DNA of 64,000 nucleotides, taken from Candidatus Magasanikbacteria bacterium CG10_big_fil_rev_8_21_14_0_10_36_32. Lineage in GTDB: Bacteria > Patescibacteriota > Patescibacteriia > Magasanikbacterales > GWA2-37-8. The position numbers and the translations under genes are program-made. The DNA lies in NCBI GenBank assembly GCA_002778465.1, contig PFBV01000005.1, forward strand, positions 7,534-71,533, written 5' to 3'. Below the pieces are notes generated by a model. The model had not been told where the DNA came from and made no database searches. It worked only from the letters and a program-made list of their open reading frames with translations. Shown in pieces: positions 19,059 to 29,224 of this stretch; the first letter of the stretch is position 1; every line of letters begins with the position of its first letter.

Positions 19059-20458
19059 ATGTTTAAACGAACAAAAATAGTTGCCACCATTGGTCCGAGT
19101 TCTCAAAAATATAATGTTTTAGAAAAAATGGTCAAAGCGGGAATGAATGTTACTCGCTTGAATTTTTCACATGGTAGTTATGAAAATCATGCTACTTTAA
19201 TTAATAATATTCGCAAAGCGGAAAAAAAATTAGGAGAACCGGTGGCAATTATGCAGGATTTGCAGGGTCCAAAAATAAGATTGGGAACATTGCCGGAAAA
19301 AGGTGTTTTGATAAAAACTGGGCAAAAAATTGTGATTAATACCGCTCAAAAAGAATATACTGACAATGAGTTACCTTTGGATTATCCTGATTTACATAAA
19401 TTTTTAAAAATAGGGCATCGTATTTTGATTGATGACGGACATGCTGAAATGAAAGTTTTAAAAATTGAAGGGACAAAAGTTTATTGTCGGGTAACGGATG
19501 GTTATTTATTAAAAACACACAAAGGTCTTAATTTACCGGATTCTAAATTACCGATTTCAGTTTTGAGTGAAAAAGATAAAAATGATTTATTATTTGGTGT
19601 AAAGATGGGAGTGGATGCGGTCGCATTATCTTTTGTCAGTAATGCTAAAGATATTAAAGTGGCTCGCGCTTTGATTAAAAAATATGAAAAGAAACTTCGT
19701 ATAAAAGATAAATATCCGATTTTTATTGTAGCTAAAATAGAGCGGCACGAAGCATTAACAAATATTGATGAGATTATTGCTGAAGCTGATGGAATTATGG
19801 TGGCTCGAGGAGATTTGGCAATGGAAACAACAATGTCGGAAATGCCGTTAATCCAGAAAACCATAATTGAAAAAGCAAACAGGTTGATAAAGCCGGTTAT
19901 TGTGGCTACGCAAATGCTTGATTCAATGCAACAAAATCGTCGACCAACTCGCGCTGAAATTACTGATGTGGCCAATGCGGTGATTGATCACGCCGATGCT
20001 TTAATGTTGAGTAATGAATCGGCTGTGGGAAAGTTTCCAATTGAAACGGTTGAAATGATGGCGGAAATTATAACATCTACGGAAGAATCAAAATATGATG
20101 ATGTTGATCCCAATCAGGAAGTTCATCCGCATACTTCTATCAGTAAAGCGGTTGCCGGTTTGTCTGGTTTGTTAGCTAAAGAAGTTGGAGCAAAAGCTAT
20201 TTTGGTGGCATCAGCCACTGGACATACTGGTCGTTTGGTCAGTCGTGTTCGCCCGGAATTGCCGATTTTTGTTGGAGTAGAATCCATCCGTGCTGGCCGC
20301 CATCTGTGTTTGTCTTGGGGGGTTCGTCCGTTTTTGTTGCCGATTAGCCGTAGTATTGAAGCATTATTAAAAAGGGGGATAGAGTGGTAGTGGTGACAGG
20401 TGAACCGTTGGGAAGACCTGGCAGCACGAATTTGTTGGAAGTTAAGGAAGTAAAATAA
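19059..20458 (+). CDS. pyk: Pyruvate kinase; last 30 residues lie in the -1 frame
   Basis: RTKIVATIGP, DLQGPKIR, GIMVARGDL and ATQMLDSM motifs. Frame-0 stop at 20390; the expected tail IKKGDRVVVVTGEPLGRPGSTNLLEVKEVK runs 20366-20458 in the -1 frame. Confidence 0.93.
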
Positions 20459-20465
20459 AAAAACT

Positions 20466-20500
20466 AATACCCATTTAAATACCCATTTAAATGGGTATTT
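20466..20500. repeat. Perfect palindrome AAATACCCATTTAAATGGGTATTT with a tandem-duplicated left arm; likely pyk terminator
   Basis: 24-bp palindrome at 20477-20500; the same core recurs within 61338-61369. Confidence 0.75.
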
Positions 20501-20591
20501 TATTTTTGAAATATAAATTATACGTTGGTTATTGACAGTTGTGGTGGTCAAGCGTATACTCTATTTAATTCTTTATTAATTTATATATAAT

Positions 20592-21104
20592 ATGACAATT
20601 AAACCGAAGTTTGTCGTCGTCAGTTTGCTGTTTTGTTTATTGGGTGTGGCGGCGATTTTTTATTTTTCTTATTGGTTTAATTTAAAACAAGATCGTGTTT
20701 TGATTGGTTTGGCTGATTCACACTTTCCATATCCTGATTATACGACCGAAGAATTGGAAAATTTATATCCGCAAAATCCGAACGAAAATGTGGTCACTGT
20801 TCAAACACCGGAACAAACCCATGCTAAATTTATTACCGCCCTGAAAGCGGGGGATATCACCGGCGCAGTGGAGTGTTGTGTGGTGAGGGAAGAATGGTCG
20901 AGAATGAAAACGCGCTTATTGGATATCAATAAAAATAAAAAAATTGGCATGATGCTCGCTGATATAGAAACAATTGAAATAGAGATGATATTACCTACTA
21001 CGGCGGTGTATACATATAGAATAACAGCACAAGGACAAAAGTTTGGCAATTCAATGGTTTTTAACAAAAACTCCAAAGGTGTTTGGTTAATTGAATCATT
21101 TTAA
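20592..21104 (+). CDS. Hypothetical membrane-anchored protein
   Basis: N-terminal TM helix; promoter TTGACA(20532)-17 bp-TATACT upstream. Confidence 0.7.
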   Translation: MTIKPKFVVVSLLFCLLGVAAIFYFSYWFNLKQDRVLIGLADSHFPYPDYTTEELENLYPQNPNENVVTVQTPEQTHAKFITALKAGDITGAVECCVVREEWSRMKTRLLDINKNKKIGMMLADIETIEIEMILPTTAVYTYRITAQGQKFGNSMVFNKNSKGVWLIESF

Positions 21105-21113
21105 TTTTACTTG

Positions 21114-23546
21114 ATGAAACTTCCAAAAATCATCAAGATTATTCTACCGGTATTGGCAGTTATTTTTTTATTTGGCAGAATCGAATTTGTTTTCGGTTAT
21201 GATGATCAAGTCGCCCATCCGAATATCGCCGAATTAGCGGCTGAATTATATAACCAAAACTTTGAACCGGATTTAACCGTTGAAGAAATTGGTTGGATTA
21301 AACAAGGATCAAGAGAAGAAGATTCTCCCACTCGTTGGTTTAACCATTTTTACGATCCTGTTTATGGCAACGGTTTTAATGATATGATTGGAATGAATTT
21401 AGTTAATTTAAGTTTTACTTCGGCCAAAGATTGGGTTGTAACTCCATCTAAACAGGTTGATTTTTCTTTGGGCGATCGTAGTTGGCCGCGTGGTTTAGCG
21501 GATTTTAGTCAAAACAATCGCCAAATGGCTTTTATTGAACTTGGTCACGTTATTCATCTTATTTCTGATATGGCTGTGCCGGCGCATACCCGCAACAGTG
21601 AACATGTCGGTGATCCTTTTGAAGCGTTTGTTAAAAACAATTGGACAAGCATCGTCAAACAATTAAATTATAATTTTATCGCGGTTGATAATTTAGATAA
21701 TGCTTTTATAGCCTTGGCAAAATATTCAAATAATAATTTCTATAGTGAGAAAACAATTGAAAGTGAAAAATATAAAATAATACCAATTATTAAACAAACA
21801 ATTATTGCAAATGATAAAATATTGTTTATTTCAAAAAACGAAGATGATCAATTAATTAATCTGTATGTGGCTAATAAAAAAGGCGAATGGGAATCTCCTT
21901 CTTATCAATCTACATCAATAATTAATAATTACAATGTTCTTTTAAGTTACTCCACACATCTCCTCCCCAAAGCTATTGGTTATAGCGCGGGAGTGATTAA
22001 ATTATTTATTGATGAAGGCAACAAGAAAATCGCTGCTGACGAAGACAAAACAATTTGGCAGAAAATGACAGACAGCGAATTACCTTTAAATCGCATTAGC
22101 ACAAAAGGAATTTTTAATCGGGTGTTGGGGTATGTGATTAGCGGAGCAGAAAAGACGATGAATTATTTTGGTGCTGCGCAAAAGATAGAACCGTCTTTAG
22201 CTCAAGGTAAACCGGACGAACCTCAATTAGAAAAAGAGCTATCAGTTATACCGCCTGTTGAAATTAAACAAAAAATTACACCGATTGTAAACACTGTTGC
22301 ATTACAATCAGTTAAGCCGGCTCAGCCAGTAATCATAGAAAGTTCAGTTGTAAACGAACAATTGATTGTTGAACAACCCATAATTGCAGTACCTGTCACA
22401 GAATCGTTAATCTCGCCGGTTATAATAATTCCTGCACCACAACAAATAGAACCGCTTAAAGTTTTTAGTTGTAATGGTTGTGGAGGTGTAAAAGATGTTG
22501 TGGAACCTGTGGTTGTGGCTGTGGAAGAGGCTATAGTGTCCATTGTAGAAACTTCGGCTGTTATTGAAGAAGTTGCCACCACGACATCTGTTGTAGACAT
22601 TTCCACTGTCACCGTTGAAATTGCAACTACTACTGAACCCGTGATTGAAGAAACTACAACCACGTTGGAAATTCCTGAAATGATTATAATGTTACCTCCA
22701 CAGCTGGACATTATTTTTAACACTACTACTTATACAACTTCAAGTGTGATAAAGATTTTTGGTGAGTGTGCCACTAATACATTATCTATACAAGTTTTTC
22801 GTGTAGATGAAACAACACCACTATCCGAACCAGAATTGATGGTTTGGGTGATGCCTGTTATTAATTTGTCATCATGGCAAGTTGAAATGCAAATTAATAA
22901 TGGCGAAAGTTTGTTTTATTTTGTTGCGGTCGGCTCAACTACTAGTTCGTTATTTTCTGAGTCGGCGAAATTTGTCAAATCAGTTCCGTCGGCGGAAGCA
23001 GAACCAGATTTACCTGAATATATTTTTACTACGTTTGATGATACAGAAGTTGTCAGTACCGCATTGTCGCCATCCGGAGCCGGTTCCGCCATATTTCAAG
23101 TTGTAAAAGCTCCTATAACAGGTATAGTTTATTCTCTCAATACTAAAATTCAAAAATATATTCCACCAAACACTACACGCCCATGGTATCATAATTCATC
23201 TTGGAAAGCCGTGGTTGTGAATGTGTCTTCTGAGACAGGGGATGAATGTGGAATAGCAACACATCGTATCGTTGAATCAGATAATGCTGTTGATGCTCCT
23301 GATAATTTGACAGAAATCACGTTTAATTTTGCATCTACTACTGTACAGAAAGATTCGTTTTATTGTTTTATGATTTACAGAAGTTATGGTTTTACTAATA
23401 AAGCTTGGATAAATATTTTAGACAAATCACCGGCTGATATTTATTCTGGTGGCAACGCTTTGCTTAATGGTAGTACTATTGATGCCGATATTTGGATGAA
23501 AATTCCGATTAAACCAACCCAAGAGGAAATTCCGGAATTGACGTAG
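21114..23546 (+). CDS. Secreted Zn-dependent phospholipase C/P1-nuclease-like protein with a low-complexity linker and C-terminal beta domains
   Basis: Signal peptide; AHP...RWFNHFYDP...LGHVIHLISDMAVPAH...DPFE metal-ligand pattern; P/V/E/T-rich linker. Confidence 0.7.
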   Translation: MKLPKIIKIILPVLAVIFLFGRIEFVFGYDDQVAHPNIAELAAELYNQNFEPDLTVEEIGWIKQGSREEDSPTRWFNHFYDPVYGNGFNDMIGMNLVNLSFTSAKDWVVTPSKQVDFSLGDRSWPRGLADFSQNNRQMAFIELGHVIHLISDMAVPAHTRNSEHVGDPFEAFVKNNWTSIVKQLNYNFIAVDNLDNAFIALAKYSNNNFYSEKTIESEKYKIIPIIKQTIIANDKILFISKNEDDQLINLYVANKKGEWESPSYQSTSIINNYNVLLSYSTHLLPKAIGYSAGVIKLFIDEGNKKIAADEDKTIWQKMTDSELPLNRISTKGIFNRVLGYVISGAEKTMNYFGAAQKIEPSLAQGKPDEPQLEKELSVIPPVEIKQKITPIVNTVALQSVKPAQPVIIESSVVNEQLIVEQPIIAVPVTESLISPVIIIPAPQQIEPLKVFSCNGCGGVKDVVEPVVVAVEEAIVSIVETSAVIEEVATTTSVVDISTVTVEIATTTEPVIEETTTTLEIPEMIIMLPPQLDIIFNTTTYTTSSVIKIFGECATNTLSIQVFRVDETTPLSEPELMVWVMPVINLSSWQVEMQINNGESLFYFVAVGSTTSSLFSESAKFVKSVPSAEAEPDLPEYIFTTFDDTEVVSTALSPSGAGSAIFQVVKAPITGIVYSLNTKIQKYIPPNTTRPWYHNSSWKAVVVNVSSETGDECGIATHRIVESDNAVDAPDNLTEITFNFASTTVQKDSFYCFMIYRSYGFTNKAWINILDKSPADIYSGGNALLNGSTIDADIWMKIPIKPTQEEIPELT

Positions 23547-23636
23547 TTGATTTTTTCAAATCGGTTGTTGATGCGACAGCTGATTTTGTATATAATTATG
23601 CCAGCTCATTAAAATATATCCGACAGGAGATAAAAA

Positions 23637-23726
23637 ATGACTCGGAAAATACCGGATTTTATGATTGTGCTATTAGTAGTGGTAATCACATTCATATTTT
23701 TATTTTTTTGTGGGGAGTTGCCATAG
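23637..23726 (+). pseudogene. Short hydrophobic ORF, probably the 5' fragment of a frameshifted membrane-protein gene
   Basis: TTGATG-17-TATAAT promoter and AGGAGA SD. The 29-aa ORF ends soon after a poly-T run, and hydrophobic/basic coding-like sequence continues in other frames to about 23853. Confidence 0.4.
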
Positions 23727-23850
23727 TGGCGCTTTTTTTATTGATATCCTATGGTATTACTCGTTTAGTGATGAAGTGTTAAAAAATATATCAACATCGC
23801 AAAGTCGTCCGTAAACAGCGACAACAAGCATTTCGCGCAGAACATACAAA

Positions 23851-24087
23851 ATGATTAAAATAATCAGGCATAGTTTGATTGCCACCGTCGGTTTGATGGC
23901 AGGCGCTTTATTGACTCGGCAATTATCTTTTCCATGGATTGTTATTGGTGCGATAATTTGGGGAATTTCTTCTTTGATTTTCGATTATCCGCTTAATCCA
24001 TTGTATTGGTTTTTGGGACAAATCGGATTGACATTTTGTCTTGTTTTTTGTGTGATATTTCATATGAGCAAGAAAATGCATCATTAG
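23851..24087 (+). CDS. Small multi-TM hypothetical protein
   Basis: 78-aa hydrophobic ORF followed by a box motif and terminator. Confidence 0.5.
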   Translation: MIKIIRHSLIATVGLMAGALLTRQLSFPWIVIGAIIWGISSLIFDYPLNPLYWFLGQIGLTFCLVFCVIFHMSKKMHH

Positions 24088-24111
24088 CCTTATTGTCGAT
24101 GATATTAACTT

Positions 24112-24145
24112 GTTCTTTTAACCCCGATTTATATCGGGGTTTTTT
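24112..24145 (+). terminator. boxA-like motif plus intrinsic terminator
   Basis: GTTCTTTTA followed by AACCCCGAT-ttat-ATCGGGGTT and a T-run. Confidence 0.8.
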
Positions 24146-24212
24146 ATTATTTAAATCAAGTTATCAACCCTTTACTAAAATAGCTAAAATCTGATAAAAT
24201 TAGTATATTCAT

Positions 24213-25208
24213 ATGAATATTATAGATAAAATTAAAACAGCTAAATTGACCGGTAGAGGCGGGGCTGATTTTCCTACAGCTACGAAATGGCAAGGAGTTT
24301 TAAAAGCCCATTCAAAATATCCCGACAAACCGGTTTATGTTGTTTGTAATGCTACTGAAGGTGAACCTGGAATTGAAAAGGATAAATTTATTCTTCAAAA
24401 TTATCCGGAAAAAATGTTGGCCGGAATGAAAATTGCTATGGAAACATTGGGAGCGGAAAAAGGTTATATTTATTTGAATCCGGTTTATTATAAAAAATTT
24501 GCCGCTAAATTAAAAAAAATCATAGGTAAATTGCCGATTGAATTTTTTGTTGAATATGGCGGATATATTTGTGGTGAGGAAACGGTATTATTAGAAACAA
24601 TTGAAGGTAACCGTTCTGAGCCACGTTTGAAACCGCCGTTTCCTACCGAGCGAGGATTATTTAGTTGTCCAACCTTGGTAAATAATGTTGAAACATTCTA
24701 CTATGTTGCTGAAATTGCCGATGGCGCATATCAACAGACAAGATTTTATTATGTGGGTGGTGATGTAAAGAATTCCGGAGTTTATGAATTGCCGATTCAT
24801 TTAAGTATCGGAAAAATTTTAGATGAAACTAAAAATTCTCCGCCATTTGAATTTTTTATTCAGGCTGGCGGCGGCGCATCCGGTGAAATTTTAACCAGTG
24901 GCGAGTTAGATATACCATTAAAAGGAGCTGGTTCAATTATTGTTTATAATTTTAAAAAAACAAAAACATTATTATTGATTAAAAACTGGGTAGAGTTTTT
25001 TTACAAGAGTAATTGTGGAAAATGCGCGCCATGTCGGGAAGGTTTTTTTCGTTTGCGTCAATTGTTAAAATGTCGGCAGTTAAATATAGCTTTGTTGCGC
25101 GCTTTGGTTCAAACAATGAAAGACGCCAGTTTTTGTCCTTTGGGACGCAGTATTTGGTTGCCAACCGTCGGTTTGTTGGAGAAAATTGGTTTGAATAATA
25201 AAAAATAA
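24213..25208 (+). CDS. NuoF/HydB-like NADH/FMN-binding Fe-S subunit (compact)
   Basis: GRGGADFPT, NATEGEPG, YICGEETVLLETIEG and CGKCAPCREG...C motifs. Confidence 0.88.
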   Translation: MNIIDKIKTAKLTGRGGADFPTATKWQGVLKAHSKYPDKPVYVVCNATEGEPGIEKDKFILQNYPEKMLAGMKIAMETLGAEKGYIYLNPVYYKKFAAKLKKIIGKLPIEFFVEYGGYICGEETVLLETIEGNRSEPRLKPPFPTERGLFSCPTLVNNVETFYYVAEIADGAYQQTRFYYVGGDVKNSGVYELPIHLSIGKILDETKNSPPFEFFIQAGGGASGEILTSGELDIPLKGAGSIIVYNFKKTKTLLLIKNWVEFFYKSNCGKCAPCREGFFRLRQLLKCRQLNIALLRALVQTMKDASFCPLGRSIWLPTVGLLEKIGLNNKK

Positions 25209-25212
25209 TTTT

Positions 25213-25719
25213 ATGGAAAATGTAGGAGCTTTAAAAAAAGAAAAAATATCGGCCATCGGACAATTTTTGTTAATTTTAGGAGGTTTGATGGTTGTGCCAA
25301 TGTTTCCCAATCAGTTATTTTCTGGCCCATTGGTAAATGCCTTACTTTTTATTGTGACTGTTTTTCTTGGTTTGCGCAGTGGAATCATTTTATCTTTTGT
25401 GCCAAGTTTAATGGCTTTATTTGGCGGTTTGTTGCCGGCTATTATGGCGCCATTTATCCCATTTATTATAATAAGCAATATTATTATGGTAGTTTTATTT
25501 CATTATGTCCGACGGAAGAACTACTGGTTAGGTGTTGGTGCTGGCGGTGTGGTGAAATTTTTATTCTTAACTGTTAGCATTCAATTATATTTTCAACTTT
25601 TTTTAAACAAACCGATAACGCAGGCGATAGTGACCATGATGTCGTGGAATCAACTTTACTCAGCATTAATGGGAGGAGTTATTGCTTTTGTGTTTTTGAA
25701 ATTTGTTAAGAGAATTTAA
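25213..25719 (+). CDS. ECF transporter S-component-like membrane protein
   Basis: Five to six TM helices and a GPLVNALL motif. Confidence 0.6.
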   Translation: MENVGALKKEKISAIGQFLLILGGLMVVPMFPNQLFSGPLVNALLFIVTVFLGLRSGIILSFVPSLMALFGGLLPAIMAPFIPFIIISNIIMVVLFHYVRRKNYWLGVGAGGVVKFLFLTVSIQLYFQLFLNKPITQAIVTMMSWNQLYSALMGGVIAFVFLKFVKRI

Positions 25720-25725
25720 TGAATT

Positions 25726-27510
25726 ATGATTAAAAAATTCATAATGACAATTGATGGACAAAAGATTGAAGCTAAAGAAGGTGAAACTATTTTGCAAGTT
25801 GCTTTGCGTAATTGTATAGATATTCCTCATTTATGCGCTCATCCTGACACAAAAGTTAAGGCTAATTGTCGTATGTGTGTGGTTAAAATAAAAGGAGTAA
25901 ACGGGTTGCAAACTGCTTGTTCTACACCAGTGAGCGAGGGTATGGATGTAGAAACATTAACTCCTGAAATAAGATGGGCCAGAAAATTTAATTTAGAATT
26001 AATTTTTGGTCAACATGTTGAAGATTGCTCTGTTTGTGTTTTAGATTCAAAATGTGATTTGTTAAAATATAGAAAAATATATAATTCTAAAATGTTGCGC
26101 TTTCCTGACCGTAAAATTAATTATCCCATTTATCAATTTGGGCCTATAATTTTTGATCAGACCAAGTGTATTGATTGTCGAAATTGCGTGGAAGTTTGTC
26201 CGACGGGATATTTAGAATTAAAAGATAGAGGGTCTGATATAAATATTGAACCGTCAGCCGACAAAAAGAAAGATTGTATTGCTTGCGGACAATGTTTGGT
26301 CCATTGTCCGGTTGGTGCCATTAAAAGTGAAGGTGAGTTTGAATCAGTTAAAGAAATTAAAAAAATTTTACAACAAAAAGATAAAACTGTTGTGGTGCAA
26401 TTTGCGCCGGCTATTCGTACCAGTATTGGAGAGGAATTGGGTTTGCCTTACGGTTTAGTCGTTACTGATTTGTTGACTGCCGGTTTGCGTAAGCTCGGTT
26501 TTCATAAAGTTTTTGATACTTCAGTTGCGGCTGACTTTACCACTAGCGAGGAAGCGGGTCAGGCAGTTAATCATATCAAAGAAGGAAAAAATTTACCGGT
26601 TTTTACATCCTGTTGTCCATCCTGGGTATTATTTATTGAGTTTAATTATCCGGAATTAATAAAAAATATCACCACAGTTCGTTCACCGGAAATAATACTT
26701 GGTGGTTTAGTTAAGTCATATTGGGCGGAAAAAGAAAAAATTGATCCGAAAAAAATTGTAATGGTTTCAGTAATGCCATGCACATCTAAAAAAATTGAGA
26801 TTGAAAGAAAAGAAATGTTTATCAAAGGTAATAAGCCGGTTGATATTGTTTTAACAACTCGAGAATTAGCATGGATGTTAAAAGATGAAAAAATAGATTT
26901 GGAAGCTTTAAAACCCGAATTGGCGGATAATCCGTTCGGTGATCCGTCTGGCGCCGGTGTAATTTATGGTGCAAGTGGCGGTGTTATGGAATCAGCATTA
27001 AGAACAGCTTATTATCGTTTGACCGGTGAAAACTTAAAGAGTGTTGATTTTAAAGAAGTGCGCGGGCAAGAAGGTATAAAACGAGCTGTTATTAAACTTT
27101 GTAAGCCGGTCAAAACTAATTCTGGAGAATGTATTGAAATTAAGGCGGCAGTGGTAAATGAAATTAAGAATGCAAGAATTATTTTGGATGAATTAAAAAA
27201 AGACCCGAAAAAGTATGATTTTGTGGAAGTGATGGCCTGTCCCGGTGGCTGTGTTGGTGGCGGTGGACAATCCTTGCCTACTAATTCTTTTATTCGTAGT
27301 AAACGAGCGGCTTCACTTTATACTATAGATAAAAATAAAAAAATTCGTTTAGCTCATGAAAATCCTGCTGTAATAAAAGCATATCAAGAATATTTTAACG
27401 ATGAAAAAATTTGTAAAGAAGTATTTCATACTAGTTTTCATCAGCAAAAAAAGAAACCGATTGGTCGTTTGAAAAGAGATATGAAAGATTTTAAATTAAT
27501 TAAAAAATAA
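25726..27510 (+). CDS. hydA: [FeFe]-hydrogenase catalytic subunit (group A type)
   Basis: H-cluster motifs FTSCCPSW, MPCTSKKIE, EVMACPGGCVGGGG. N-terminal 2Fe-2S, His-ligated 4Fe-4S (HVEDCSVC) and two CxxCxxC ferredoxin motifs. Confidence 0.93.
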   Translation: MIKKFIMTIDGQKIEAKEGETILQVALRNCIDIPHLCAHPDTKVKANCRMCVVKIKGVNGLQTACSTPVSEGMDVETLTPEIRWARKFNLELIFGQHVEDCSVCVLDSKCDLLKYRKIYNSKMLRFPDRKINYPIYQFGPIIFDQTKCIDCRNCVEVCPTGYLELKDRGSDINIEPSADKKKDCIACGQCLVHCPVGAIKSEGEFESVKEIKKILQQKDKTVVVQFAPAIRTSIGEELGLPYGLVVTDLLTAGLRKLGFHKVFDTSVAADFTTSEEAGQAVNHIKEGKNLPVFTSCCPSWVLFIEFNYPELIKNITTVRSPEIILGGLVKSYWAEKEKIDPKKIVMVSVMPCTSKKIEIERKEMFIKGNKPVDIVLTTRELAWMLKDEKIDLEALKPELADNPFGDPSGAGVIYGASGGVMESALRTAYYRLTGENLKSVDFKEVRGQEGIKRAVIKLCKPVKTNSGECIEIKAAVVNEIKNARIILDELKKDPKKYDFVEVMACPGGCVGGGGQSLPTNSFIRSKRAASLYTIDKNKKIRLAHENPAVIKAYQEYFNDEKICKEVFHTSFHQQKKKPIGRLKRDMKDFKLIKK

Positions 27511-27539
27511 TATTTAAATTTTTATTTAATAGGGTTAAT

Positions 27540-29219
27540 ATGATGAAAAAACAAAATATTTTTTCTGTTTTAGTTGGTGGTGCAGCCGGAGATGGTGCGA
27601 GAGAAGCGGCGGCTAATCTAAGCAGATTATTGACCAATGTTGGTTTTGAAGTGATTCAAACAGTGGAATATCCATCACTTATCCGCGGTGGGCATAATTT
27701 TGCCAGAGTTACTTTTTCCGATGATAAAATTCATAGTGATTATGAAGCGTTGGATATTTTAGTTGCTTTAAACAAAGAAACTGTTGATTTGCATTTTAAA
27801 GAATTAAAGAAAGACGGTTTGGTTATTTTTGATTGTGAAAAACAAGATAAGAAAATTATTAATTTACCTCTTTGCGCTTATGCAAAAGAAATGGGTGCGC
27901 CGCCGATTTTGCGTACAGCCGCAGCTTTAGGGGCGATATGTTGGATTTTAAATTTGGATTTGGAAGAATTAAATAAAATTTTTAAAACAGTTTTTAAAGA
28001 TAAGGCTGAAGCCAACATTAAATTATCGGTTAAAGGTTATGAAAATTTTAAAAATAGAAAAATTACGCAAATTAAATTACCAAAACCAAAGAAAATTATT
28101 CGTAAGTTGGTTGATGGTAATGAGGCTTTTGCCGAAGGTTTGATTAAGGCTGGCTTGGAAAATTATTTTGCTTATCCGATGACTCCATCCAGTTCTATTC
28201 TTCATTTTTTGGCTGGTAAAGCGCATGAATACAAAATAAAAGTGGCTCAACCGGAAAATGAAATTGCTGTTATTAATATGGCTTTGGGTTCAGCGTATGC
28301 TGGTAAACGGACCGCTACGGCCAGTACTGGAGGCGGATTTGCCTTGATGTTGGAAGCTATGGCTATGGCCGGAATGGAAGAATTGCCAATTGTAGTGGCT
28401 GATTCTCAACGTGCTGGAACTTCAACCGGTGTGGCAACGCGTACAGGACAGGGTGATTTGGCTTTTGTCCGTAATTTGCCAGGTGAATTTCCACAAATTG
28501 TTTTGGCGCCCGGTGATCAAGAGGAAGCCTATCTATTAGGGGGTTTATCGTTAAATTTGGCTTGGCAATTTCAAACGCCGGTAGTTGTTTTGTTGGACAA
28601 ACTTTTATCTGAAAATATGTCAGCTTGCCAGTTGGATGATAAAAAAATAAAAATTATTTCCAGCAAACCGTCTAAAGCCGGAAAAAAATATCAGCGTTAC
28701 GAATTTACCGATGATGGAATTTCCCCGTTGGCTTTTCCTGGTGATAAAGATGCTGTAGTTAAAGTTTGCAGTTATGAACATGATGAAAAAGGTTACATAA
28801 CAGATTCTTCTGAGATTACCAAAGCAATGTGTGAAAAAAGATTTGCCAAAATAAAAGGTATAGTAAAAGAATTGGCAAAACATGAAATGATCAAAGTGTA
28901 TGGCGACACAAAAAGCAAAAATACTTTAGTATTTTTTGGTTCAACTAAAGGAGCAATTTTGGAAGCGTTAAAATATATTAAAAAACCTGTTCGAGCTGTT
29001 CAGATTTTATGTTTGGAACCGTTAGATACAGCTCAACTTAAAAAAATATTAAAAGAATCCAATCGGATTATTGATATTGAAAATAATTATACCGGACAAT
29101 TAGCTAATTTAATTCGTGAAAAAACCGGCATTGAAGTTTGCAAGAAAATTTTAAGATATGATTCTTTTCCGTTTGAACCATTGTCATTGGCTGATACAAT
29201 TAATAAAATTTTAAAATAA
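27540..29219 (+). CDS. 2-oxoacid:ferredoxin oxidoreductase alpha subunit (gamma-alpha fusion)
   Basis: GGAAGDG, YPSLIRGGHN, YPMTPSS and ENEIA motifs. Confidence 0.92.
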   Translation: MMKKQNIFSVLVGGAAGDGAREAAANLSRLLTNVGFEVIQTVEYPSLIRGGHNFARVTFSDDKIHSDYEALDILVALNKETVDLHFKELKKDGLVIFDCEKQDKKIINLPLCAYAKEMGAPPILRTAAALGAICWILNLDLEELNKIFKTVFKDKAEANIKLSVKGYENFKNRKITQIKLPKPKKIIRKLVDGNEAFAEGLIKAGLENYFAYPMTPSSSILHFLAGKAHEYKIKVAQPENEIAVINMALGSAYAGKRTATASTGGGFALMLEAMAMAGMEELPIVVADSQRAGTSTGVATRTGQGDLAFVRNLPGEFPQIVLAPGDQEEAYLLGGLSLNLAWQFQTPVVVLLDKLLSENMSACQLDDKKIKIISSKPSKAGKKYQRYEFTDDGISPLAFPGDKDAVVKVCSYEHDEKGYITDSSEITKAMCEKRFAKIKGIVKELAKHEMIKVYGDTKSKNTLVFFGSTKGAILEALKYIKKPVRAVQILCLEPLDTAQLKKILKESNRIIDIENNYTGQLANLIREKTGIEVCKKILRYDSFPFEPLSLADTINKILK

Positions 29220-29224
29220 ATTAT

